DNA of 64,000 nucleotides from Fimicolochytrium jonesii (lineage: Eukaryota). Below the pieces are notes generated by a model, which saw nothing but the letters and a program-made list of their open reading frames with translations, ran no database searches and had not been told where the DNA came from. The DNA is taken from positions 806,001 to 870,000 of the forward strand of contig NW_026515671.1 in assembly GCF_025526975.1 (NCBI RefSeq), given 5' to 3'. Shown one piece after another: positions 11,361 through 22,260 of this stretch. The position numbers and the translations under genes are program-made. How positions within the stretch are numbered: position 1 is the first letter of the stretch; every line of letters begins with the position of its first letter.

Positions 11361-12425
11361 ATGCTCTCGAGACGACTACCGCGCCTTCCTTTCTCCTCAC
11401 CATTATTAGGATGCTTCTCCGGCGGGACACGGCGGATGGCATCGGGGTCAACGAAGCAGCCGTTCCAAGTCGCAGTAGATGGACCCGCCGCATCAGGCAA
11501 AAGCTCGACAGCACAGGCGGTAGCATCACGTCTGAACTTGACGTACATCGATACCGGGGCGTTGTATCGAGCCCTCACACTCAAAGCGCGGGCATGGAAC
11601 CTCGACCCAGAACGCGATGCGCTCGCTATCGCAAAACTGGCAAAACAAACCAAGTTTGCTTTCCGTACTGCTGAGGAAACGATGACGGTGGCCGGGGTAG
11701 AGATTCCAAAGACGATAGTCTACCTCGATGGAAAAGACGTATCAAAACAGATCCGATTACCGTCGCTTACTAAAACTGTGGCCCCATTTGCGAATATACC
11801 CGAGGTTCGAGACGTGTTGAAGGGGAAAGCACTGGCATTGGCAGCCGGGGAAGATGGAGGGCTTCCGGAGGACGGGAAGCAGATAGAGTCGGAGTTGGAC
11901 ATGTTCGCCAAGGAGAAGGATGGGTTGGAGAGACAACTCCTAAGAGCGCAGGCGGTGGACGACGTGGAAAGCATCAAATCGTTGAAAGCGCAGATTGCGG
12001 AACTGGACGAGATCTGCGACTCGCTGAAGGACGAAAGTGAACCTGAGGCTGCAACTCCGAGCTCAAGACCACAGACTCTCGGTGTGATAATGGACGGGCG
12101 GGACATTGCCACAAACGTCCTCTCCAATGCCCAGGTCAAGATATTCCTTGAGGGCGACCCTACCGTTAGAGCCAAAAGACGGCTGGAAGACTTACGGCAA
12201 GCGCATAAAGATGTGCCGAGCTTGGATGATGTCGTGGCAGACATCAGGAACCGTGACCTAGCCGACACAAAGCGGGCGGTGGACCCTTTGGTAAAAGCTG
12301 AAGACGCTGTGGTCTTGGACACGTCTGAGTTGACGCTGCAAGAGCAGATTGATGCTGTCGCCGACATCGCTAGGAAGAGTATGCTCGCCCATGGCATACC
12401 CGCGGACAAGATTTCGTCAATATAG
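11361..12425 (+). CDS. cmk: Bacterial-type cytidylate (CMP/dCMP) kinase with predicted mitochondrial presequence; intronless
   Basis: VAVDGPAASGKSS P-loop, YIDTGALYRA, PEVR, GVIMDGRDIATNVL..KIFL, RAKRR and RDLADTKRAVDPLVKAEDAVVLDTS. The ATG lies in a gccaccATG context. Confidence 0.92.
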   Translation: MLSRRLPRLPFSSPLLGCFSGGTRRMASGSTKQPFQVAVDGPAASGKSSTAQAVASRLNLTYIDTGALYRALTLKARAWNLDPERDALAIAKLAKQTKFAFRTAEETMTVAGVEIPKTIVYLDGKDVSKQIRLPSLTKTVAPFANIPEVRDVLKGKALALAAGEDGGLPEDGKQIESELDMFAKEKDGLERQLLRAQAVDDVESIKSLKAQIAELDEICDSLKDESEPEAATPSSRPQTLGVIMDGRDIATNVLSNAQVKIFLEGDPTVRAKRRLEDLRQAHKDVPSLDDVVADIRNRDLADTKRAVDPLVKAEDAVVLDTSELTLQEQIDAVADIARKSMLAHGIPADKISSI

Positions 12426-12476
12426 AATGCGGCGTAGGACTTGCCATCATGTAAAGCTATATGGAGTGTGATTATT

Positions 12477-12557
12477 GACTATGTAATGTAAAAGCTATCT
12501 ACGACATTCGATGTTGAAATGATACGATGGCGACTATGTAATGTTCACCGCTATCTA
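12477..12557. repeat. Imperfect direct repeat gactatgtaatgt-N4/5-gctatcta between convergent 3' ends
   Basis: Copies at 12477-12501 and 12532-12557. They contain TATGTA, a 3'-end-formation-like element. Confidence 0.6.
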
Positions 12558-12668
12558 GGCTGAATGCAACGTGGGCAGGTTATATGGAATGAGATGCACG
12601 ACTAGGGATATACAGTGAAAGTGTCATGAAAGTTGGAGTTCGTTTGCTTTCGGTGTGACGACACCGTC

Positions 12669-14122
12669 TCACAAGCTTGGAGCCGGCGGCGAAAGTTCAG
12701 CGTCTTTCTTCAGCTCCTCTGCGTTCGGCTTAGGACCCTCATCGACGAAAGCCGGAGACTTGGCAAACGTCTGCACCAGAAGGTTGTGGAACCGCTCAGG
12801 CTGCTCGGTTGCGAGCACATGTCCGGCTCCCTTGAAAACTTCCAATGGGCACCCGATGTGTTTCGCGAGATGGTGGGAGTTTGAGGGACGGATGATCTGG
12901 AAGTCGAGGTTGTGAGGATCCATGAATGCCCGACATAATCCAGTCCGCCTATGATGCTTACCGAGTCCTCCGTGCCGACCATGACCAAGGTAGGTATGCC
13001 GAGCTTTCCGATGGTATTCAAGCGACTTTTGGAGACGTAATGCTTATGGATCGCGCCCAATTGACCTTTACGAGACAGTTCCGATTGGACGCCCTTAGCT
13101 TTCGTCATTCCACGCAAGTTCTATATAGAAGAAGGTTTAGTTGGTGACCAGAATAATTGAGAGCGTTCTTCAACAGCCATTGTTTACCTCGTAGATCATG
13201 TCTCGGTTGGTAGCGAAACCACTGCCTTCCGGAGCCTTAGCAGCTAACCATGTCTATCAGGTAGGAAGCTAGATGAGTTGCGTCGGTCGTGCTACGACTG
13301 AGGAGGACTGATGACTTACTGTCGGGTACAGCAACCTGGCAAAGCTCTCCATTTGCTGAAGTTCGGTCCGTTCACCAGGAACGAAGAGAATCTGGAAGAA
13401 AGTCCACAATGCCAATGCCTGTTCAGAGTCGGACGTTAGCGCCGTCCGAGCTTCCAACTCCAGAAACAGTCATGCACCGGGAGACTTACTGGAGGGATGG
13501 TCATGCCCGCATGCGTGGAAATGAAGACGACAGCCGCAAATGTGTCTTTCGGGGCCAGAAGAACAAGTTCCTGCGAGATCATGCCGCCTGTGTGGAACGA
13601 AGCCGTTCAATTCCATATTTCACATATGCAATCTGCAGCTCTTTGAACCTAGCACGTACCCATGGAGACACCGGCCAAGAACACATTGTTCTTCCATCCA
13701 AGATGTTGCAGCAACTCGTAGGCATCCATCGCCATATCTTTCACGCTGATACACGCATTGATGTCAGCCTTCAGAACTTGTTCTACTGTTCTCGTCAGTA
13801 ATCAACTTACGTATAACCAGGACCCGGCTTGTCCGACTCCCCAGCATCCCGGTTGTCGAATGTACAGATCTCAAACCCTCCACGAGCTACCAGCTGCTTC
13901 ACCGTAGAGTCCCACGCCCTGAGAGTTCCGCTAAGGCCTACATGTTATAAACATCCATGAATATGCGACTGTCCGCAATATCCAGGGTATCAAAAAGATG
14001 CGCTTACCCATCACCAAAAGAACCTTGTTCGGCCCAGAGCCGGCGAGCTCATAACAGAGCTTGTATGGACCACCGGAAGGCCGGTCTTGAGCGACGGTGC
14101 AGAATTGGGAATTGTTCGTCAT
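12669..14122 (-). CDS. Alpha/beta-fold hydrolase (multi-exon)
   Basis: LCYELAGSGPNKVLLVMG, FDNRGCG, nucleophile elbow GVSMG, PTLVMVGTED and GAGHVLATEQPERF give a Ser-Asp-His triad. Confidence 0.88.
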
Positions 14123-15820
14123 GCTTGCAAATTGTGCGGGAACTGGCAATGACACTGGGAAGACGGTTCACAGTGCAGCTACGGACGGTATTTGAAGCCC
14201 TTCGCAAAATAAGGAATGGAATTTGAGCCGCTACTAACAGCCGTCTAGACTCTAGACTGTAATATAAAGCCTTCGCCGTCGGACCTCAGAGGCTCACAGA
14301 CTCCGGCGGTCCGCTCAGCGAAAGTGCGACTTTGGTGGTGCTGTCAAAAGTTTCGTGTGCGACTATGTCATCAAGATCGTGTGTTTCCGCGGCTAAACCG
14401 ACGTGCCGCCGTAAGTTGGAGTCGTGGATATCCGCGTCCTCTCTCTGCGAAAAAGTTCATGAACTCACACCCATTGCAGTTGGGTCATCGTCAAGCCAAA
14501 ACATTTGGGAAAATAAGTTCGAAGGAAAATCCTGGCGAGCTCTTGTGAGAAAGGTGGGACCCTCTGCGTCGGACTGGGGGTTAACCCTGGTGCTTGTGAT
14601 TCCAAGTAAGGTAGGACTGTACCGCCATTCGAGGACGCTAGAGGCCAGGCCTGGGAAGATCTGCTACCGGTTTATACTGTACCTCAGACGGTATGCTAGC
14701 GTCTGATCTACCACGTTCACCAACAACTATCGAACACTAATCTTGTCCTTCCCTGATGTCCAGCAGTAAGATGAGTCGCAGTTACAGTTTCACCCAAGAA
14801 AGGGATGGTATTCGTGAGATCCTATATGTCAGCAGTGGCGGACTTGAAGGAAACGGGAGTGTCAGCGAGCCGGATATTATTGGGACCCTCATGGAAGGCT
14901 ATCGGTGTTTTGAACAGACACCATGATGGTGGCGTTATTGAGGAGGCATTTTATCTGTTCAGGCATAGGACAAACCCAGGCAAACGCAGGAGGTATGTTT
15001 CAGCCTTCCTCTTGCCTTGAGCGTGCTTACATTGCTTTCCAGGTGGTATCGTTGGAGCGGCGAATATCATCACCCATGCGCCTGAGAAACCCGACGGAAC
15101 AGTGCATTGGTCGTCATCCGCCGACGTGCTGATGTGTTTTGACTTCCTCCAGTAGTGGAGGGAATCATCAGAAAGCCGGAACGACAATACGTGAAGCCGC
15201 TTTGAACGGGTTTCTGGAAGCCTGTCTCCCGCACATTCGTCATGCCAGAGTGATTTGTCCGACAGCAGACGCTGGAAAGTAGCAAAGAAATACTTTATGC
15301 AAGCTGAAGTATGTGATGGGAGAGGAAGTAGATAAAGTGACAGACCAAACAAGGGCATCTGTCGGAGGTCGCAATCCACTCTTGTTTGATCTCGCTTCGA
15401 AACGACGATCGATGTGGCGAAGCCTGCTCCTGTCGGGTTCAATACGAAGAAAGGGAAGATGCATATCGTACCTACACTTCCACTTTCGCGAACGGGTACT
15501 GTCTGTACAACCTGTCCATGCATGTGCAGATGTGTGTGTGTACTGTACATGTGTGTATGTACAATTCGATATCGCAGCACATCTGGTCGCACCCACGAAG
15601 TCCTGAGGACAAAAAAAAAGAGTTGGAAAACTGCCAAACGCGTGTGCTTATAGTTTGAGCACTTGAGAACACGACCACCCGCCTGTGGCACAATGCCCGC
15701 ATTTGACTCGCCGGCCATCGCGTAAAAACGCTGAGAGTCGCGTCATGTCTGATTCACATGGCGGAGATGGCAAATCTCCGCCGCGGACAGCTGGGATCCA
15801 ATTTTGCAGGTGTCTATCCC

Positions 15821-15876
15821 GATTCCCCACCCCCACAGGGGCTCCGGCGGCCCATTCCCAGATTCCCCACCCCCAC
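15821..15876 (+). promoter_or_regulatory. Two identical 16-bp copies of gattccccacccccac (four CCCCAC boxes) upstream of the C2H2 gene
   Basis: Exact copies at 15821-15836 and 15861-15876. The reverse complement GTGGGG fits the SYGGRG Mig1/CreA-type consensus. Confidence 0.5.
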
Positions 15877-16140
15877 TGCTTGGGCCGTGAGAGATTCAAC
15901 AATAAAACCCGAAATTTTTGCCATGTGCGAGACAGATCGCGTGCGTTACCCCACTGATTGCACCATCGCACGGCATCCAAATCTGCCCTGAACAGCTTTC
16001 CCCACAAAACACACACGCACAAGAAGCATATGTATGCGGCATTGGCAACAGCCGGCATTGAATCGAAGTATCGATATATCTGAACGAACACGAACGAGCA
16101 ACCGAACAGTCTAGGCGAAGGTCACCGTCAAAGCCTTTCA

Positions 16141-17456
16141 ATGGCAACCAGCCCCTCCACCGCGAAGACCATCAGCGACGCTGTTGTCAACATGCTTCCT
16201 GCCGCGAAAGCCGCTAGCAAACGGTATAAGTGCAACGACTGCGAGCTAGCCTTCCGACGCGCAGAGCACCTTTCTCGGCACGTCCTGACACATAGCGGAG
16301 ATAAGCCTTTCCCGTGCGGAGTGTGCTCGAGGGGATTCTCCAGGGTTGACGCCTTGCGAAGGCATGCTCGGATCCATGGGCCACAGAATTCGCGCGCACA
16401 TTTCGGCGGGCAGGCGGGGGACGAGGGCGAGTCGTATGGACAGTCGATAGGAAACAGCGAGCGTTGGCAGCAGGAATCGATTGGGCCTCAGAAATATGCT
16501 GGTGCGCTGCCAGCCGTTACGATACCACGCATCAAACCTTTTTCGGAGGGTATAGCTCGACCTTCAGACCGTGATAATACATCAACAATCAGACGCGAGA
16601 GGACGACTGGCGGGATTTGCCCTACACAGCTGCGTCATCTGGCCAGTACGATAGTACTCCTCGTCCGGAATGGTGATAGAACGATGTACCAATGCCCTAT
16701 CAAAGGTGAGATTGTCTGGGCGTATCGCAGGCTCCTATCCGCCATCGTTCTAAACCTCCATCTTTTAACTCGCTAGGATGCAAGTCCTTGATCACTGGCC
16801 ATCACCTGTCTTTCCACCTTGAATTCAGAAGGAAAGGCGACAAAGCTCACTCCCAAATACCTATCCATACCAACTCCATTCCGTCGCCGCATCACCCTGC
16901 CGAGTGTCTCACTCTTGGGAGGAAAGATCTGATATCTTTCATTGATCACATCTTCGAACGACACTCGATCAGTTCTTGCCGAGACTGCGGGACCTCTCAC
17001 GACCGCGCAGAGTATTACTCAGTGGAAAATGCTCCCTGTACCGTACACACCTGCAATCCCGATGCCAGCGGGACTGATGACGAGGGGTTGGCTGACTCGG
17101 CAGTGGAGAGACCGAACACCGTGAAGCAGACAACATTAGGAGCCGTACTCGCTGGATCCTTGACCTTGACAGTCTTTCAATATACTCGGACGGCCTCGAC
17201 GGCAGAAAGCACCTGGCAGTCCGTTGATCGGAATAAGGTGGACCCCTTGGCGATTTTGGCAGGCTGCGCCACAGACGAGCTGAAGCGGTTCACGTCGGCG
17301 TCCTCCACAATGACACCCATGCGTTCATGGTCATTAGCTCCTTCCCCAACACCATTGCACCGGCCACCTCAATCATCTTTTAGCGCTGCTCCTTCGCTCG
17401 CAATGGCCACCGCCGCGGAATCCCATCGCTTCAGGATACAAGACCTACTGAATTGA
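16141..17456 (+). CDS. C2H2 zinc-finger transcription factor (intron 16706-16776)
   Basis: Tandem fingers YKCNDCELAFRRAEHLSRHVLTH-SGDKP-FPCGVCSRGFSRVDALRRHARIH. Splicing creates a third finger-like YQCPIKGC..HLSFH and joins the two ORFs in frame. The protein ends FRIQDLLN. Confidence 0.88.
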
Positions 17457-17889
17457 TATCACCCCTCCCTATATGCTACTGTCTATCTCTTCTCATGTAT
17501 AAGAGAAGTGATAGTTGCGCCTCTATACCAATCGTCTGATGTCGCACTTGTTACCCGATCTAGGCACTGGATGTCTGTATTTGTAAATATATCTTTGCAT
17601 GCCTATGTGTATTGGATCCCTAGCTGGAGTCCGTCGCTTCCTCCGTCTGTCGCCAACATTGCATTTGATGGCCTTCGCAACTTCGCACTCACGGCGGACC
17701 CGGCGGAGCTTCATGTCGGAACACGCGGAGCCTCGAATTATGTGGTTTTAGTAAGCCGCGTCAAAGGCGGCAATCGCGCCATGTGAACTGGCAATCACCG
17801 ATAAAAAGAACCGTCGGTCCAAGTTTACCTTCCCAGAAACGATCGACACAACAACTCGAGACGAAAGCAAACAACACACCAACTTCAAG

Positions 17890-18356
17890 ATGGCGAAACC
17901 TGACAACGTAGTGTGCGAGGACGGCGTATGCCATATCGACTTCTCTAAGAAGAAGAATGCCGGACAGTCATCGTCTGGAACACCCTCGGAGGATGCGGCC
18001 AAGATAGTCGAGGAGAAGATCAACAACAACAAGGTTGTCATTTTCAGCAAAACCTACTGCCCGTAAGTTACTTTCATTGTACCACCGCCTTAGAATCTCA
18101 GATCTGACCCTTTTTCTATTCGCTTGATCATAGATACTGCGATAAGGCTAAGGCATTATTCAAGTCGAAGAACGTAGCCTTCGATCTAGTAGAGCTGGAC
18201 AGCGTAAAGGACGGCGAAAAGCTCCACGCATATTTGAAGGAGAAGACCAACCAGTCGACTGTCCCGAACATTTTCGTGAGCAAGCAGCACGTTGGAGGGT
18301 TCAGCGACCTATCAGAGTTGGACACGAAGGGAGAGCTTGCCAAGCTTCTGCAATAG
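17890..18356 (+). CDS. Dithiol (CPYC) glutaredoxin with N-terminal CEDGVC extension (intron 18063-18133)
   Basis: Spliced product MAKPDNVVCEDGVCHIDF...KVVIFSKTYCPYCDKAK...QSTVPNIFVSKQHVGGFSDL. It is absent from the ORF track because the intron splits the active site. Confidence 0.93.
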
Positions 18357-18770
18357 ACTAGGTTATCGGACAATAGAATGTAGGAGCAGGCGACATATGT
18401 ATGTCGAAGGATGGTGCACAGGAAAATTCAATCGAGGGCTCCCCCCACTTTCATGTGATGGTGTTTGTCAAGGCGCAGGATAAACAAATTTATCAATGTG
18501 CTTTGAGCGAAAGGTTGAGAAAAGAAGCCATTGTATGGGCATTGGCGTGTGTTCATCCGCTGTTGCTTTTGTTGGCTTTCCTGCTCACGAAAACGATTCT
18601 CCCTCCCGGACGTACTGTACGCTCTCAGGGGAGATCAATTTCAATATCAACGCCAGGGGTCAGGCCGAACCTCGCGTGAAGGTGCCACTTCTGCCACTTG
18701 CTACTCTGCTTGCTACTGGTAAAAGTCATCACGCCGATCGCGTTTTTCCCACCAGGCCAACACCTCGAAA

Positions 18771-20485
18771 ATGGACGCGGAACTGCGATGCAACAACGTG
18801 CAATGCCGGAAAGGGTTGGGCAGCAACGCCAAGGCTTGCGTGACAACCTGCAGCCGTAAGTGGGGGGCCGTGCATCCCGTTTTCTTTCGGAATTTCACGC
18901 GCGTGGTTCAGATATCTTTTGCGTTGACTGTGCCGAAAAGGCTTTTACTACGGCGTTGGTCTGGTACGTGGCATTGACCAGCTTCTCTAGCGAAGGATAA
19001 GAGGCAAGGCTTAGCGCTTTCCGTTCTCGTAGTCCGGCATGTGAGAGTTGTTTGACGGAGGGGTGAGCACTCTCCCACCCCAGTGACTCGTGGGGAAAGC
19101 TTGACTGACGCAGTTTCAAGCGACGATATCGTCTTCACCGAGCTGAATCCAACCGAGGACTACAAATCGGTTAGTCGCCCTTTTGAACAATACTCGAGGC
19201 AGAAGCTAGCTCACGCTTTTCATTCGACTAGAGCGTCTTGGCTGGACTGAGGCCCGAAGGTAGTATACGCCGTCGCCCAAAGGGAGTCTTCCACGCTTAC
19301 CTTGAATACGTTTTCAGTCATCATCGAAATCGCGAGTCGGGGATTGAGGTACGCTTTGCGAACATCAGTAGCTCATAAATGTGTCATCAGTCTATAGAAT
19401 ATTCTCTTCGCAGCTTCTGGGTGTATCAAGTGACGCAAGAGGGATGCTTCCAAGAAATGGTTTACAAGAATCTGTCCGAAAAGTACAGTCAATTAGAGAG
19501 ACAGGTGCAGACAGTCGTTCGAGAGGCGAACCAGGAGATTCAAGGTTAGAAATGGAGCGGCGGTTGATCTATGGGACATGGAGACTTACATTCACCTTCG
19601 TAGGACTTCGAGAAAAGCTATCTGGTGAGCATAACACTTATTCCACAGGGAATTGCCCACTTGCACCAAACTCAAACCCATGTGTCAGTTCTGCAAAAGG
19701 ATCAAGAGGTGGAGAAGCTTCGGAATCATGAATTGGCGGAGCAATATGCGGAGAAAGGGAGGCATTTTCAAAAGCTTCAGGTTTTTCTTTTTACGCTGGG
19801 GATGCTGGGATCCTCAACATCGATAGGCTCACGCCCGCCCCCAGCATATGTATGACAAACTCAAACGGCGAAGCCTACTGGGCCAACAGCAACATTCGAC
19901 CAACAATGCAGCTGCATCGGTTCAGCAAAACGTCCCTGCACCCGCATTCGGACACCCGAACCCTAAATTCCCGGTTCTGGTAAGCGTGACACCTACTTTT
20001 TGCGTCCTCGCTCACCTCATTTATCGGCTGCCTTTCAGAATGGGTCGAACATGAACATGGCAGGATTGGCGAGTGCGCTAGAAGGTGGCGGCGGACAGGG
20101 TTACCAACGTCCGTCGATGTCGGCGCAAAATTCCCTTCACCACCAGGCACCGCGACCACTTCACATAAACAGGGGAGCGCCATCTGCTGGCAACGCACCG
20201 ATCTTCCAGCCCAACCGACAAATCTTGACTGCCTCTATCCTGAATAATGCTCCTACGAACATGGGCGGCCTTGCTCAACCTGGTTTACCACATCGCAACG
20301 GTCCGCCCATGAATCACTCTATGAACCGACCGATCACTCCCTCACTATCTAGAAATATGCCTCCGGATTTCATAGGATTTGGGTCTGGCCCTGGATCCGC
20401 TAACCGCCCACGTCAGAATTCGGTGCCTCGAAGCCCGGACGATGGAGATCGAATGAACGGGGCGTATCAGTGGGGTTCTCACTAA
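18771..20485 (+). CDS. HEI10: Meiotic RING E3 ligase HEI10/CCNB1IP1 (many small exons)
   Basis: LRCNNVQCRKGL..ACVTTCSHIFCVDCA..CPAC..DDIVFTELNPTEDYKSSVLAGLRPE..ASRGLSFWVYQ, then a coiled coil, MYDKLKRR and a low-complexity tail. Confidence 0.92.
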
Positions 20486-20910
20486 TAGATCCTGCGACTT
20501 CTTACTGTAGCCACCTATTACGTAGATCCCCAATTTGTTCAAGTTGCACCTCCTCAAAACACAGACTCTTGTTTATAAGTTGATATAACTACTTCTGACG
20601 CCTTTTTCGTTTATGGCTTTTTCTTTTATAAATCTACCCTATGCGTTGCGAGTCTCGGATGTAGCGACGCGGTCAAAGCGTCAAAACGCGCCCCCTCAAG
20701 GCCCTCCTGGCTGACCCTCGTCGAGGAAGCCACGTTTGGAATCCCAGTATGGAGCACTTTGTTTCCGTTGGCTCTCGATTTCAGTTTGCCCACCATACAG
20801 TATTTTACAAGGGTCGTGCTTCGCCCCGCTCTGTCCGTGCCCGTTCAGGCAGTCCAAGCAAAGTCAGCGGCTTGCAGTTAGCGGCTTGCACTTCGAGAGC
20901 GCATTGGAAG

Positions 20911-22260
20911 ATGTTTCGAGCAGTGCTAGGCCACGCAAGGCCAGCGTTCCGTAGCGGATCTCAGCTTGAGGTCCGCCGAACGGTTTCAACCAGGGCTGCG
21001 GAACGAACACCACCTACTCCGCAAACTCACGTTCCGGTCCTTCTTTCTGAGGCGGTTGGCCATCTCGTCAAAGGAGTGGAAGGGGTGGACACGTCCCGAC
21101 AGAGGATCTTTTGCGACGCCACCTTTGGAGCAGGTGGGTATACACAAAGGCTACTCGATACCGTCGACTGCAAAGTCATCGCGGTGGACGTCGACCCTGT
21201 AGCACATAAGCGGGCTGTGGAGCTGTCTCAGGAAGGCGCTTACGCGGGGCGTCTACTGCCGGTTCATGGGAGATTTGGCGATCTTGTGCCTTTGGTTCAG
21301 GCGACTCTCAATTCTCAAGGCCAGTGTCTAGACGGTATTCTCTTCGACATAGGAGTATCATCGGGACAACTGGACGAGGCTCATCGAGGATTTACGTTCA
21401 GGTTTAAGGGACCTCTAGATATGCGGATGGCATCGACTGGGGACGGAGGCGATTCGGGGAAGCTTCTAGACCATTCGATCACGGCTGAAGTCGTGGTCAA
21501 TCAATTTGCGGAGGCAGACCTCGCGAACATAATTTACGAGTACGGCGAGGACAGAATGTCACGCCGGATTGCGCAGGCTATAGTGAACGCAAGAGCAATC
21601 AAGCCGATTACCACTACCGTGCAGCTGGCAGGCATTGTTGCATCAGTGGTTCGCGGACGGTATGGCGCGCGAGGGGAGGGTTTCAAACATCCGGCGATGC
21701 TTACATTCCAAGCGCTGCGGATCTACGTCAACGATGAACTGAACCAGCTGCGAAGAGGATTGAAATCTGCGGAACTGCTTCTTCGACCAGGAGCGCCTCT
21801 CGTGTGCGTCTCTTTTCACTCTCTGGAGGATCGAATCATCAAGCAGTTCATGAAGAAATGCGCAATCGATCAATCGGGTGCGCACACAAGTCCAAGTATG
21901 GCCGACACGTCTCCATTCGTGTCTCCTGAAATGGACGAGCTCGACGTTGACCTGATGTCCCGGCGGGGGCTGGATGCGATATCCTCCACAAGGGAGGCCG
22001 AAAAGAGCAGGATAAGAGAAAAGAGGCAGAAGTATGAGAATACCGACAAAAAGGTGGCTGCGTGGGGCCATGGCGGCGCAGACGTCGAGTCAGATTCAAT
22101 AGATGAATTGCCGCTAGCCCCAAGTTTCAGTATCCTGACGAAGAGAGCAGTCAAACCTTCTCGAGAAGAAGTCTACAACAACCCACGATCTCGCTCCGCA
22201 AAGCTGCGAGCGGCGGTTCGAACGGCTAATCCACCATGTTTCCCATACGAGCTCGGTTGA
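20911..22260 (+). CDS. rsmH: RsmH/MraW (METTL15-like) SSU rRNA m4C methyltransferase with predicted mitochondrial presequence; intronless
   Basis: HVPVLLSE, DATFGAGGYT, DGILFDIGVSSGQLD..RGF..GPLDMRM, YGEDR, HPA..TFQALRIYVNDEL, SFHSLEDRIIK and NPRSRSAKLR. Confidence 0.95.
   Translation: MFRAVLGHARPAFRSGSQLEVRRTVSTRAAERTPPTPQTHVPVLLSEAVGHLVKGVEGVDTSRQRIFCDATFGAGGYTQRLLDTVDCKVIAVDVDPVAHKRAVELSQEGAYAGRLLPVHGRFGDLVPLVQATLNSQGQCLDGILFDIGVSSGQLDEAHRGFTFRFKGPLDMRMASTGDGGDSGKLLDHSITAEVVVNQFAEADLANIIYEYGEDRMSRRIAQAIVNARAIKPITTTVQLAGIVASVVRGRYGARGEGFKHPAMLTFQALRIYVNDELNQLRRGLKSAELLLRPGAPLVCVSFHSLEDRIIKQFMKKCAIDQSGAHTSPSMADTSPFVSPEMDELDVDLMSRRGLDAISSTREAEKSRIREKRQKYENTDKKVAAWGHGGADVESDSIDELPLAPSFSILTKRAVKPSREEVYNNPRSRSAKLRAAVRTANPPCFPYELG

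Noticed and set aside
14951..15718. 255-aa minus-strand ORF between the hydrolase and the C2H2 gene
   Set aside because: It runs through a GT/AC microsatellite-like patch and shows no protein-like features.
20749..20910. Upstream in-frame extensions of the rsmH ORF (and likewise of ATG3, cmk and the GPI protein)
   Set aside because: The downstream ATGs give the expected presequence, signal peptide or conserved N-terminus, so the extensions are probably 5' UTR.
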